From positions 20,010 through 84,009 of the forward strand of contig JBLINQ010000001.1 of the NCBI GenBank assembly GCA_047639315.1: DNA of 64,000 bases, given 5' to 3'. The stretch comes from Planctomycetota bacterium (lineage in GTDB: Bacteria; Planctomycetota; GCA-002687715; DRQF01). Both the position numbers and the translations under genes were made by a program. How positions within the stretch are numbered: position 1 is the stretch's first letter; each line of letters begins with the position of its first letter. Positions 9,484 to 18,712 of this stretch are shown here, one piece after another. The notes under the pieces are model-generated. The model had not been told where the DNA came from and did no database searches. It worked only from the letters and a program-made list of their open reading frames with translations.

Positions 9484-11190
9484 ATGATGATGAAACACCT
9501 TAAGAACCTCGCGATAGTCGGATCCCTCTTTGCCGCATCAGCGAGCCTTTCTCTTGGCCAAGCTACTACGACATATACCGTTGCCTATGACCTGGATGGT
9601 TCGGCAGCAAACCAGTCTTTTGGAAACTCCGTTTGCAACGCCGGTGACGTGAACGGCGACGGTATCAATGATCTTGTTGTTGGTGCGCGTGGCGATGCAA
9701 CGAACGGTGCGAATGCTGGAAGCGTTCGGGTCTACTCTGGCGCCAATGGCACCTTACTTCATACCTTCATGGGCAACGCCTCATTCGATCAATTTGGATA
9801 TTCCGTCAGCTGTGCTGGCGATGTCAATGGCGATGGATTTGATGATGTCGTTGTCGGTGCACCCTTTGCCGATGCTGGCGGCGTTAACGCTGGCAATGCG
9901 AAAATATTGTCAGGTATCGACGGAACCCTACTCCACAATTTCGATGGATCAGGGTCCTTTACTCTCTTAGGTGAGTCTGTCAGTGGTGCTGGCGATGTCA
10001 ACAACGACGGTTTTGATGATGTAGTCGTCGGTATTCGTGGCGACGCCACTAACGGCCTTGGAGCTGGAGCCGCCCGAGTTTACTCCGGTGTTGATGGCAC
10101 GATCCTCTATACTTTCCTTGGCGACAATGCTGGTGACGGCTTGGGTAACTCAGTTAGTGGAGCAGGTGATGCCAACGGTGATGGCTACGATGATATCGTT
10201 GTCGGAGCTACTGGCGACGACAATAACGGCAACAGCTCTGGCGCACTTCGCGTCTACTCTGGCTTTGACGGCAACGTGCTCTTCACTCGTTTTGGCGACT
10301 CTGATTTTTGCCAACTTGGTTCATCAGTGAGCAATGCTGGTGATGTCAATCGTGATGGTTTCGCTGATGTTGTTACTGGCGCACCATATGCCAACGCCAA
10401 TGGACCCACCGCTGGTTTGGTCAGGGTCTACTCTGGTCTTGATGGATCAACCTTGCATTCATTGACTGGTGCCATGGCCAATGATCAATTCGGATTATCT
10501 GTGAGCGGCGCAGGCGACACCAACGGTGATGGACATGATGATATTATTGTCGGCGCTTACCGCGACGGAACAACTCTTTCGAATTCTGGGCACGCTCGGG
10601 TGATTTCTGGTGTGGACGGCTCGACCTTGGCCGACATCGCCGGTGATTCAGATCTGGATTATTTCGGTCAATCTGTCAGTAGTGCTGGTGATATTAATGG
10701 TGATGGATTTGCCGATGTTTTGGTTGGTGCCTACGCTGCGGATGCGGACACCGCTTTGGACGCTGGTCGCGTTGTTCTCTTATTAGCGCCAACACTCCCG
10801 GTTCTCAATTACTACTCCAACCTTTCACCTCTCAATACGCTTGAACTCGACTGGATCCCAGATGGCAATGATGTCAATTCAGTGACCGGAACAATTGAAA
10901 CAACAGGTGCAACACCAAACGCTAACGGCTTCTACTTTGTCAGCGTCTTGGCCGACGACTTGGACGTCTTCGGTATCGTCAATTTCCTTATCACTGGTGG
11001 CGCCGCATATGAGGTGGTCTACGGTGGCTTCCTCTTTGATGCGGCAGGAACTTTGACGGTTCCAGGCATTGTGCGTTCATCGCCAGGGCTTGCTGGCCAG
11101 AATGTCTACATCCAACACTTTGAGACAGCCCCAGTGATTCGCGCTTCCAACGGCCTTAGGGTGACCTTGACCGACATCGTCAATGGTTAG
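9484..11190 (+). CDS. Secreted FG-GAP/VCBS repeat beta-propeller protein, paralog 3. The true start is probably the ATG at 9484, not the ORF-table start at 9301.
   Basis: MMMKHLKNLAIVGSLFAASASLSLGQA is a signal peptide preceded by a GGAG ribosome-binding site. There are at least 8 FG-GAP repeats (GDVNGDGINDLVVGA, GDVNGDGFDDVVVGAP, GDANGDGYDDIVVGA). The C-terminal motif is VYIQHFETAPVIRASNGLRVTL. Confidence 0.85.
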   Translation: MMMKHLKNLAIVGSLFAASASLSLGQATTTYTVAYDLDGSAANQSFGNSVCNAGDVNGDGINDLVVGARGDATNGANAGSVRVYSGANGTLLHTFMGNASFDQFGYSVSCAGDVNGDGFDDVVVGAPFADAGGVNAGNAKILSGIDGTLLHNFDGSGSFTLLGESVSGAGDVNNDGFDDVVVGIRGDATNGLGAGAARVYSGVDGTILYTFLGDNAGDGLGNSVSGAGDANGDGYDDIVVGATGDDNNGNSSGALRVYSGFDGNVLFTRFGDSDFCQLGSSVSNAGDVNRDGFADVVTGAPYANANGPTAGLVRVYSGLDGSTLHSLTGAMANDQFGLSVSGAGDTNGDGHDDIIVGAYRDGTTLSNSGHARVISGVDGSTLADIAGDSDLDYFGQSVSSAGDINGDGFADVLVGAYAADADTALDAGRVVLLLAPTLPVLNYYSNLSPLNTLELDWIPDGNDVNSVTGTIETTGATPNANGFYFVSVLADDLDVFGIVNFLITGGAAYEVVYGGFLFDAAGTLTVPGIVRSSPGLAGQNVYIQHFETAPVIRASNGLRVTLTDIVNG

Positions 11191-11218
11191 TTCGAAGCAA
11201 CACCTTCATGATCTAAAC

Positions 11219-11257
11219 AACAAGGGGCTTCGTGGTGATACCACGAAGCCCCTTGTT
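11219..11257. terminator. Perfect 17-bp inverted repeat with a 5-nt loop between convergent genes, likely a bidirectional terminator hairpin.
   Basis: The sequence is AACAAGGGGCTTCGTGG-tgata-CCACGAAGCCCCTTGTT. It lies between the stop of FG-GAP paralog 3 (11190) and the stop of the minus-strand gene (11278). No strong T-run follows. Confidence 0.55.
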
Positions 11258-11277
11258 CTGTATGACCCACAGCCAAC

Positions 11278-12351
11278 CTATTCGATCACGTGGCGTTCTT
11301 CATCCTTGGTGATCAACTCGACATCACTGGCATCCATTTCGGCCAACCGCCTTGACCGCCTGACGCGATAAGAAGCGAATGCGAGAAGGGCCAAAACGAC
11401 AATCGTCACCGAGAAAAAGACGTCGGGAAAGAGTTGAATAGGAAATGGCAAGCTTGACTTCTTTTGCTCGCTCCATCTTGCTTCTAATCCACGGAAATGG
11501 AGCCCTGTGATGGCAAAGAGAGCTTGGTCAAAAGACTCCCCGTTTGCCAAGTGCAACAGGATACCGTGGATGTTGGCGCGGTTTCTTTCTGGGTCATTGT
11601 ATTCGGCGATGAACCGAACCATGCTTTCGCTTTGAGCGTAGGCGAGCTCGGAGGCTCCTTCTTGTGCCGGAAACTTGTTTTCTAAATCAGCGAAAGGAAT
11701 CCAAGCTTCCTGTCGCAAGGCTTGGTGCAAGCGAACGCTATCGCCCCGGAAAAGACCTTCACTCACCCATTGGGCAATGCCTTCATCAAACCAAGCTGGG
11801 ATCGACATTCGCTCATGAATGCGCCGCAAGTGACCAAGGAGGCAGTGAGAGATTTCATGTTGAACGATAATCTCGAACTCGCGAACCGAGCTTCGAGTCC
11901 ATGCAGCCGACTTGAGCACAATGACGTCAACCATTGGGAATGCAACTGCCGCTATGTGTTCTGGTTTAGCTTGCCCGCCGAGGGAAATGATTTGATCGTT
12001 GAAGGGTTTGTGATCGCGACAAATCCAAACACGAACGGTCTTCGTATATCGATAACCAAGTTTTTCTTCACAGTCGCGTTTGAGCCTCGGGTACACCCGG
12101 AGAACGCGTTCCGCTGCTCCCTTCATTCCGTCAGGGAACTCTACCTTGATGCCCGGTTCATTTAGCTGATTCTGCCCATGAGCGAGGGTGCTGGGCCCTG
12201 GCAAGAATCCTGCACCGAAGAGCACAAGCGCGAACAAGGCAACCCAAACTCGAGGGCAAAGAGTGCGCGTTATCTTCAGTCTATCTCGATTGTCGGGGCG
12301 CGGGCGCCTAATAAATTTCAATTCGTTCTTCCGTCGGTTGGCAACGTTCAA
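11278..12351 (-). CDS. Membrane-anchored putative zinc metallopeptidase (HEXXH, gluzincin-like; DUF1570/peptidase-MA-like).
   Basis: The N-terminus has a signal or TM segment and the C-terminus has a TM anchor. The motif IVQHEISHCLLGH followed by WFDEGIAQWVSEG resembles the M1-type HEXXH-X18-E signature (WLNEGxAxY). Confidence 0.6.
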   Translation of the reverse strand: MNVANRRKNELKFIRRPRPDNRDRLKITRTLCPRVWVALFALVLFGAGFLPGPSTLAHGQNQLNEPGIKVEFPDGMKGAAERVLRVYPRLKRDCEEKLGYRYTKTVRVWICRDHKPFNDQIISLGGQAKPEHIAAVAFPMVDVIVLKSAAWTRSSVREFEIIVQHEISHCLLGHLRRIHERMSIPAWFDEGIAQWVSEGLFRGDSVRLHQALRQEAWIPFADLENKFPAQEGASELAYAQSESMVRFIAEYNDPERNRANIHGILLHLANGESFDQALFAITGLHFRGLEARWSEQKKSSLPFPIQLFPDVFFSVTIVVLALLAFASYRVRRSRRLAEMDASDVELITKDEERHVIE

Positions 12352-12634
12352 AAGTCAGCCCAATATCCTTTCGGCCAAAACGCGCTTCGATTTCTACCAA
12401 TCTCGTCATGAATGGTCTCTTTCACTCCGCCAATTCCCGATTCGCATCGATAGCGGTCGCTACTTACATGATAGGTAACATCGTCAAAGCCAGCGACTAT
12501 TTGCTCAAACCAGCAGATTTGCCTCGATTAGGTCTACCATTCACCGGTGTGACCCAACAAAAGAGTCACTTCCCTTGTTCGGCATGGCATAGGGACCTAC
12601 CGTTCTTTTCGAGAGTTTATAATCGGACCAAAGA

Positions 12635-13522
12635 ATGACATTCGTAGTGAAGCTCAATTCTGCAGAGATGGACGCCTTTGAGGGCGAGGTGCGCAGCGGC
12701 TCCTTCGAATTTCGCTCCATCGACTACGCTCGTTTTGGCGCCAAGGGGGAGGGGGTGTCAGTCGCCCTCTACAACTCCGGGAAATGTGTCGTCCAGGGTA
12801 AAGGTATGGAGCAGTTTGTGGCTCATTATCTTCCAGGCCATGAAGCCCAGAGCCCAAAGGTTAAGAAGGAAGAGGATGCAGTCCTCGAGTTTGAGTCCGT
12901 CGTTGTTGGTTCTGATGAGTCGGGCAAGGGTGACTATTTTGGCCCCTTAGTCGTGGCGGCCGTCGCCTTTGGACCCGAATACGTAAGCATCATGGAAGAC
13001 GTGACCCTGGGTGATAGCAAGAAGCTAAGCCGCAAACAGATCCAGGAAGCCTCCGTAGTCATCAAGGAAAAGCTCCCTCACGAAATCGTCGTGATTGGAC
13101 CTGAGAAATACAATCAGCTCTACGCCAAGTTTCGCAACTTGAATTCGCTCTTGGCTTGGGCCCACGGAACTGCGCTCGAACGCGTCTTAGACCAAACCCA
13201 AGCCGACACGATCGTCGTCGACAAGTTTTGCGAAGAGGCTCCGTTTAGGCGAGGCCTTAAAGAAAAAGGCAATGCGGCGAAACTTATCTTGCGCCCCCGG
13301 GCCGAGTCGATTCCCGCGGTTGGTGCTGCTTCCATTCTTGCCAGCGAAGCATTTCATCGCAGCCTTTTCTTTCTTGGCAAGGAATATGACCTAACCCTCC
13401 CGAAAGGTGCGGGTGGCCAAGTTGACGCCGCGGCCAAGCGCCTCGTCAAGGTGCGCGGTGAAGAGATTCTACCGTTTGTGGCCAAAATGCACTTTGCCAA
13501 CACAAGGAAAGTCCTGGGATGA
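12635..13522 (+). CDS. rnhC: Ribonuclease HIII-like (RNase H type 2 catalytic core with a ~85-aa N-terminal extension).
   Basis: GSDESGKGDYFGPLVVAAV is the type-2 RNase H catalytic motif, and DSKKLS follows it. The length of 295 aa with an N-terminal domain fits RNase HIII architecture. Confidence 0.7.
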   Translation: MTFVVKLNSAEMDAFEGEVRSGSFEFRSIDYARFGAKGEGVSVALYNSGKCVVQGKGMEQFVAHYLPGHEAQSPKVKKEEDAVLEFESVVVGSDESGKGDYFGPLVVAAVAFGPEYVSIMEDVTLGDSKKLSRKQIQEASVVIKEKLPHEIVVIGPEKYNQLYAKFRNLNSLLAWAHGTALERVLDQTQADTIVVDKFCEEAPFRRGLKEKGNAAKLILRPRAESIPAVGAASILASEAFHRSLFFLGKEYDLTLPKGAGGQVDAAAKRLVKVRGEEILPFVAKMHFANTRKVLG

Positions 13523-15465
13523 TTGCCGGAGTCGTAAGTTTTCTTTTCGCAGCTCTTCAAGTCGCAGGGTTTAACGCCGAAAGCGGAGTCCTTGTCAGTG
13601 GGGCGGTGCTGTTGCCGGTTGTGTTCATAGTCGTCTTCGATCTGATTCATCGCAGGTCTACCAATCGAATCAAGCAGGCGCGGGAATCGAATACTGGACA
13701 AGCAACAGGCCGGACGAGAGAGTCGAGTCCTTGGTCGTTGGTGTTCATGCATCAGCTGGGATTCATGGCGATTCTTCATTTTGGATGGAGTCGTCTTGTC
13801 CAGGTGGAGTTGGGGCTGGGTGGTATCTTCCTATTGCCTGGTATCCTGATGATACTGCCGTGGCTTGCTGTTCACGTCTCAAGCATCTATCACCGCTGGC
13901 GCCTCGACGAAGGCGAAAGGCTTGATCCGTGGCCGTTGGCGGGCTTTCTGTGCTTTAATCTTCGAGTCCTGATTGTGCCTGTCTTACCGTGTCTGATCTT
14001 CAGTATTATTGCGTGGCTTGGAACAAACGAGCCAACACGGTCTCTGATGGCAGCCTATCCGAGCTTCGAGATGTTGATCTCGCTGGGATTGACCTTATCC
14101 ATTGTTGTATTCTCACCGTTCTTGGTTCGGGCCGCTGTCGCCAGTGATCCGATGCCAGAATCGCCGATGCGCGATCGGTTTGAGGCCATCGCCCAGGAGG
14201 GTGGGTTTCGATTCTTGGATATCCGAATTGCACGGACCCACAACCGCATCGTCAACGCTATGTTTGTCGGAGTTGCGGGACGCCTCCGCTATGTCTTCAT
14301 GACGGACGCAATTCTGTCGCAGCTCAGCGAAGAAGACCTCGATGGTGTTTTTGCCCATGAGATGGGGCATTCTCGCCGCGGTCATATCCTCTTGAACATG
14401 GCGATGTTTCTCGGTCTCTCTTTGTTCATGCATTTGTCTATGGACGTCGATCAAGTTGAGAGTTCATCGATAGCCGCCTTCTTCCTCTATCCGTTCTTTA
14501 TCTTCTTTGTCTTTTCCCCGGTGGCGAAAGCCTTCGAGTCGGAGGCTGATGCCTTCGCCGGTGAAATTCTCGGTGATCCTGGTCCGATTCGTCGTTCCCT
14601 GGAAACCATGGGGCGCATGTATCCCAAGCGCATGAAAGACGGGGGACTTGTTCACCCGAGCATTGAGCAACGTGTTGGGTTCTTGGGTCTCTATTTCAAC
14701 AATCCAGACGTAGCTAAGATGTTTCGCCATCGTCTACGGCGAATCAAGATCACGATCGGGGTGTTCTTTGCGGTGCCACTTCTCCTGTGGATCAACACTT
14801 GGCCATCGGAATACCGAGTCGGAGGCTTGCGGGCGGGTGCCATGGAAGCATCCGCCAATGAAGACGGCGTGAGCGCCCAGGGACTCCTTGAACGCTACGA
14901 CAACGAAATCAACCGGGAGGTTGATGATCCGAGCGGTGCCATCCAGGTCACCTTGTGGCAGACCGTTGCGATTGCAGCTCAATCGAAAGAAGACTTTGCC
15001 AAAGCCGCGCCCATGATTCAGCTCATGCGCGAACAGAGAGATGACTTCGAATCACCGATTTTTGTCTATAACACATCGATTCTCAGTGCCCAGCAAGCCG
15101 CTGGAACTGGAGACTGGCCGCGTCTCACACGAGAGCGCAGGAGAGCCGAAGAGGAGCTTGATGTGCTCGAGGCGCTGATGCCTAATGATCCACAGTTAGT
15201 CCAAGAAAGAGAAGATATACAGCTCTTAACGGCCATCGAGACGACGGCTCGCCGACTGAAAGCCCTGCCACCTACTGTGAACCCAGAGCCCTTGCCGGCC
15301 CCCAAGACCCCAGAAATCAGCTTTTTGCATGTCCTGGTCGGCCGCGAAACCGATATACAGAGTCCTTCTGGCACTAAGCCGGAGGAGGAGAAATTGAGCC
15401 CCGGATGGAAGCGTGCCTCCCTCCAACTACTGAAGACAATCGCCACGGCCAAGCAAGACCAATAG
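13519..15465 (+). CDS. Polytopic membrane protein with an M48/M56-like zinc metalloprotease motif and a C-terminal coiled-coil/alpha-helical domain.
   Basis: Several N-terminal TM helices are present. The motif AHEMGHSRRGH (HEXXH) is followed by FESEADAFAGE, an M48-type E..AD motif. The gene overlaps rnhC by 4 nt. Confidence 0.55.
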   Translation: MIAGVVSFLFAALQVAGFNAESGVLVSGAVLLPVVFIVVFDLIHRRSTNRIKQARESNTGQATGRTRESSPWSLVFMHQLGFMAILHFGWSRLVQVELGLGGIFLLPGILMILPWLAVHVSSIYHRWRLDEGERLDPWPLAGFLCFNLRVLIVPVLPCLIFSIIAWLGTNEPTRSLMAAYPSFEMLISLGLTLSIVVFSPFLVRAAVASDPMPESPMRDRFEAIAQEGGFRFLDIRIARTHNRIVNAMFVGVAGRLRYVFMTDAILSQLSEEDLDGVFAHEMGHSRRGHILLNMAMFLGLSLFMHLSMDVDQVESSSIAAFFLYPFFIFFVFSPVAKAFESEADAFAGEILGDPGPIRRSLETMGRMYPKRMKDGGLVHPSIEQRVGFLGLYFNNPDVAKMFRHRLRRIKITIGVFFAVPLLLWINTWPSEYRVGGLRAGAMEASANEDGVSAQGLLERYDNEINREVDDPSGAIQVTLWQTVAIAAQSKEDFAKAAPMIQLMREQRDDFESPIFVYNTSILSAQQAAGTGDWPRLTRERRRAEEELDVLEALMPNDPQLVQEREDIQLLTAIETTARRLKALPPTVNPEPLPAPKTPEISFLHVLVGRETDIQSPSGTKPEEEKLSPGWKRASLQLLKTIATAKQDQ

Positions 15466-15548
15466 ATCTGTCGCTAAGCCTCGTCTTTTCAATGATTTGC
15501 GGCCAAAATGGCCGGGTTGAAGGGTGGGGGGTTTAGGTTAGAATATCG

Positions 15549-15609
15549 CATGTGAAACAGGGGTTACGACACCCCGTCGCGTGGGCGACATAAAGCTATG
15601 TTTCACATG
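15549..15609 (+). promoter_or_regulatory. Structured leader or operator immediately upstream of gyrA. An 11-bp perfect inverted repeat encloses two small inner hairpins.
   Basis: CATGTGAAACA (15549-15559) pairs with TGTTTCACATG (15599-15609). The inner hairpins are GGGG-ttacgaca-CCCC and GTCGC-gtgg-GCGAC. Confidence 0.4.
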
Positions 15610-15640
15610 AGTTTATGGTGCTTTGAGGCGACCAATCCAG

Positions 15641-18214
15641 ATGGCAGACAAGACACCGAGTTCCAGCGGCAACGATATCCCAGATTTGCGCGAGAATGTC
15701 CGCGAGCAAGAGCTCGAAACGGAGATGAAGGAGTCTTACCTCTCCTACGCCATGAGCGTCATCATCCAGCGAGCATTGCCCGATGTTCGGGACGGCTTGA
15801 AGCCTTCCCAGCGCCGTATCTTGGTGGCGATGAATGACCTGAACCTTGGCCCTCGTTCCAAGTTCAGAAAATGCGCCAAAATCATTGGTGATACGACTGG
15901 CAACTACCATCCTCATGGTGATCAGGCCGCGTATCCTACTTTGGTTCGCATGGCGCAGGCTTTCAATATGCGCTACCAGCTGATCGATCCGCAAGGAAAC
16001 TTCGGCTACGTCGATGGTTCGCCTCCAGCTGCTATGCGATACACAGAAGCTCGGATGCGCGCACCAGCCGCCGAACTTTTGGACGATCTCAATCGCGACA
16101 CCGTCGATTTTGTTCCGAACTACGATGACACGCGGGTTGAGCCATCGGTTTTACCGGGACGTTTCCCGAACTTGCTGTGCAATGGTTCCCAGGGCATCGC
16201 GGTCGGTATGGCGACGAGTATTCCGCCACACAACCTGACTGAAGTTGCCGATGCCATCATCGCAACCATCCACAATCCAAATATCGAGCTGCTCGAATTG
16301 ATGAGCATCTGCCAAGGGCCGGATTTTCCGACAGGCGGCACAATTTGTGGACGCAATGGAATCTTGAAGGCCTATAAGACGGGCCGTGGTCAAGTCATTG
16401 TTCGTGGCCAGGTTGACATCGAAGAGCGCCGCGGAGATCGACAAAGTATTGTCATCACCGAGTTGCCTTATCAGGTCAACCCCAACTCGATTTTTGAACG
16501 CCTCAAGGATCTGATGGCTGACGGTGTGATCAAGGGTGTTGTGCGGGCGAACGACGAGACCGATCGTCGCGCTGGCATGCGCTTGGTTCTCGACATCAAG
16601 AAGGGCGAAAATGCGGAGTTGATTGTCAATCAACTCTACAAGCACACGCCTCTCCAGTCGTCGTTCTCGATCATCATGCTTGCCCTCGATAAGGGTCGGC
16701 CGAAGACGTTTCAGCTGAAAGAATTCTTTGTCGCGTATCAAGACCATCGCGTTGAAGTCATTCACCGTCGCACGCGCTTCATGTTGCACAAGGCGTTGGA
16801 TCGCTGTCACATCGTCGAAGGTTTGCGCATCGCTGTGCAAAACATCGACGAGGTCGTCAAGATCATCAAAGAGTCAAGCAGTCCAGATGAGGCTCGCGAT
16901 GCATTGATAGTTCGTTTTGAGCTATCGAAGCGTCAAGCAGATGCCATTCTGGCGATGCGCCTGTCACGTTTGACTGGCCTTGAGGTCACGAAACTAGAGG
17001 AAGAGTACGCCAACCTCTTAGAAGACATTCGTCGACTCCGAGAGATCCTGGGCGACATCAATATTGTTCACCAAATGATCATCGACGACCTTGAGCAGAT
17101 CAAAGCGAAGTTTGGCGACGAACGCCGGACCCGCATTGAGATGATTGAAACAGAGATCGAAGATGAGTCTTTGATCGCCGACGAAGAGTCTGTCGTGACC
17201 GTTTCCCATGGTGGATACATCAAGCGGACCAACCCAAGCACCTACAAGAACCAAGGTCGGGGTGGTACCGGCGTGGCTGGCGCCGATCTCAAAGACGGCG
17301 ACTTCTTGGAACGCGTCATTGTTGCGATGTCGAAGGACTATTTCTTGTTCTTCACCGACAAGGGCCGCCTCCATTGGCTCAAGGTCTATCACATTCCAGA
17401 AGTCTCTCGGACAAGTCGCGGTCGTTCAGTCGCCAACCTCCTGCAGTTGCAGGAAGATGAGCACATCACTTCGATGATTCCAGTGCGAGAATTCGAAGAT
17501 GACCGTTATCTGATGCTGGTTACGGAGCAGGGCAATGTCAAAAAGACAGCTCTTTCCGCTTTCAGTAACGTTCGAGCCGCTGGCATTATTGCTTGTAGCC
17601 TCAACGATGGTGACCGACTCATTCGTGCCGTCATCACCGATGGCAATGACGAGGTTGTCATTGCCACAGCTCATGGCCAGTCGATTCGATTCAATGAGTC
17701 GGATTGTCGCCCAATGGGCCGAACAGCTCGGGGTGTTCGCGGCATCAAGTTCAAATCTGAAGGTGATCGAGTCATCGGCATGGTGAAGGCCGAAGAGGAC
17801 CGTACTCTGTTGACGCTTTGCGAAGGCGGTTACGGCAAGAAAACACCATTTGCCGAGTATCGCCTCCAGAGTCGAGGCGGCAGCGGTGTTCGCAACATTA
17901 AGACAAGTGAGCGCAACGGCAGCGTGGTGAGCGTCCTCTCGGTTGCAGAGGACGATGGCATCATGATGATTTCCGAAGGCGGAATGATTGTTCGAACCAG
18001 CGTGGAAGCGATTTCCACGGTTGGCCGGGCCACCCAGGGTGTTCGCGTCATGAGAATGAAGGGTGACGATCGACTCGTAGCATGTGCAGTGATTGCTATG
18101 GACGAGATTGAGGCAGATGGCGAATCGGAGACCCCAGATGGGATCGATTTGCCGGAGACTGCTGCGCCTGAGACACCACCTGAGACACCACCGGAAGAAA
18201 CGCCAGAAACTTAG
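15641..18214 (+). CDS. gyrA: DNA gyrase subunit A.
   Basis: The N-terminus reads ESYLSYAMSVIIQRALPDVRDGLKPSQRRILVAMNDL, matching the GyrA N-terminal motif. The gate, tower and CTD are full length. A GyrA-box-like QGRGGTGVAG is present. The tail is acidic and Pro/Glu/Thr-rich. The ORF table starts at a TTG at 15623; the ATG at 15641 (MADKTP...) is more likely the true start. Confidence 0.85.
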   Translation: MADKTPSSSGNDIPDLRENVREQELETEMKESYLSYAMSVIIQRALPDVRDGLKPSQRRILVAMNDLNLGPRSKFRKCAKIIGDTTGNYHPHGDQAAYPTLVRMAQAFNMRYQLIDPQGNFGYVDGSPPAAMRYTEARMRAPAAELLDDLNRDTVDFVPNYDDTRVEPSVLPGRFPNLLCNGSQGIAVGMATSIPPHNLTEVADAIIATIHNPNIELLELMSICQGPDFPTGGTICGRNGILKAYKTGRGQVIVRGQVDIEERRGDRQSIVITELPYQVNPNSIFERLKDLMADGVIKGVVRANDETDRRAGMRLVLDIKKGENAELIVNQLYKHTPLQSSFSIIMLALDKGRPKTFQLKEFFVAYQDHRVEVIHRRTRFMLHKALDRCHIVEGLRIAVQNIDEVVKIIKESSSPDEARDALIVRFELSKRQADAILAMRLSRLTGLEVTKLEEEYANLLEDIRRLREILGDINIVHQMIIDDLEQIKAKFGDERRTRIEMIETEIEDESLIADEESVVTVSHGGYIKRTNPSTYKNQGRGGTGVAGADLKDGDFLERVIVAMSKDYFLFFTDKGRLHWLKVYHIPEVSRTSRGRSVANLLQLQEDEHITSMIPVREFEDDRYLMLVTEQGNVKKTALSAFSNVRAAGIIACSLNDGDRLIRAVITDGNDEVVIATAHGQSIRFNESDCRPMGRTARGVRGIKFKSEGDRVIGMVKAEEDRTLLTLCEGGYGKKTPFAEYRLQSRGGSGVRNIKTSERNGSVVSVLSVAEDDGIMMISEGGMIVRTSVEAISTVGRATQGVRVMRMKGDDRLVACAVIAMDEIEADGESETPDGIDLPETAAPETPPETPPEETPET

Positions 18215-18374
18215 GTCTCCATGTGATCAGCCTAACTGTTGAGCCACCAGGAGCTTGAGCCGAGAGCGTTCGGTGTTGGGTGTGCGATATTTTAAAACAG
18301 CGTAATTTTCTGCGCCGTTTTTGCCCTGATTCCAGCCTATATGGGTGGGAAAAAGGTGCTGTTAGGGCTCATGG

Positions 18375-18415
18375 GATAGCGTCGAGGTGCAAGCCTTCGA
18401 CGCTATCTCTTTTTT
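18375..18415 (+). terminator. Rho-independent terminator downstream of gyrA.
   Basis: The stem GATAGCGTCGAGG/CCTTCGACGCTATC has a 6-nt loop and one bulge, followed by CTCTTTTTT. Confidence 0.6.
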
Positions 18416-18712
18416 AGCTCTTCTTGCGCCCAAATTCAGACTAAGCCTCCCGAAACGGGTGGGGCGGCGAGAATCCCGGACAGCACGGCGCTCATGATTT
18501 ACGCCTATCTGGCCAGGAATACTCAATACCACCCAGGTGACGGGGCTGTGTTCTGTCTCTGGGTTGACACCAATCGGTGGCATTCATAACCTGACCACCC
18601 TTCACGGGCCGTTTAGGCCGTGATTAATCCCTTGAATCGAGGATGTTTCGAACCTTCGAAGCTTATCCTCGTTGTGGAAATGGGCCTGGTGGCTCAACGG
18701 AGATTATTCGAC

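Noticed and set aside
16151-16840. 229-aa ORF antisense to gyrA.
   Set aside because: It is fully embedded in the conserved gyrA frame and has no motifs. This is a typical shadow ORF.
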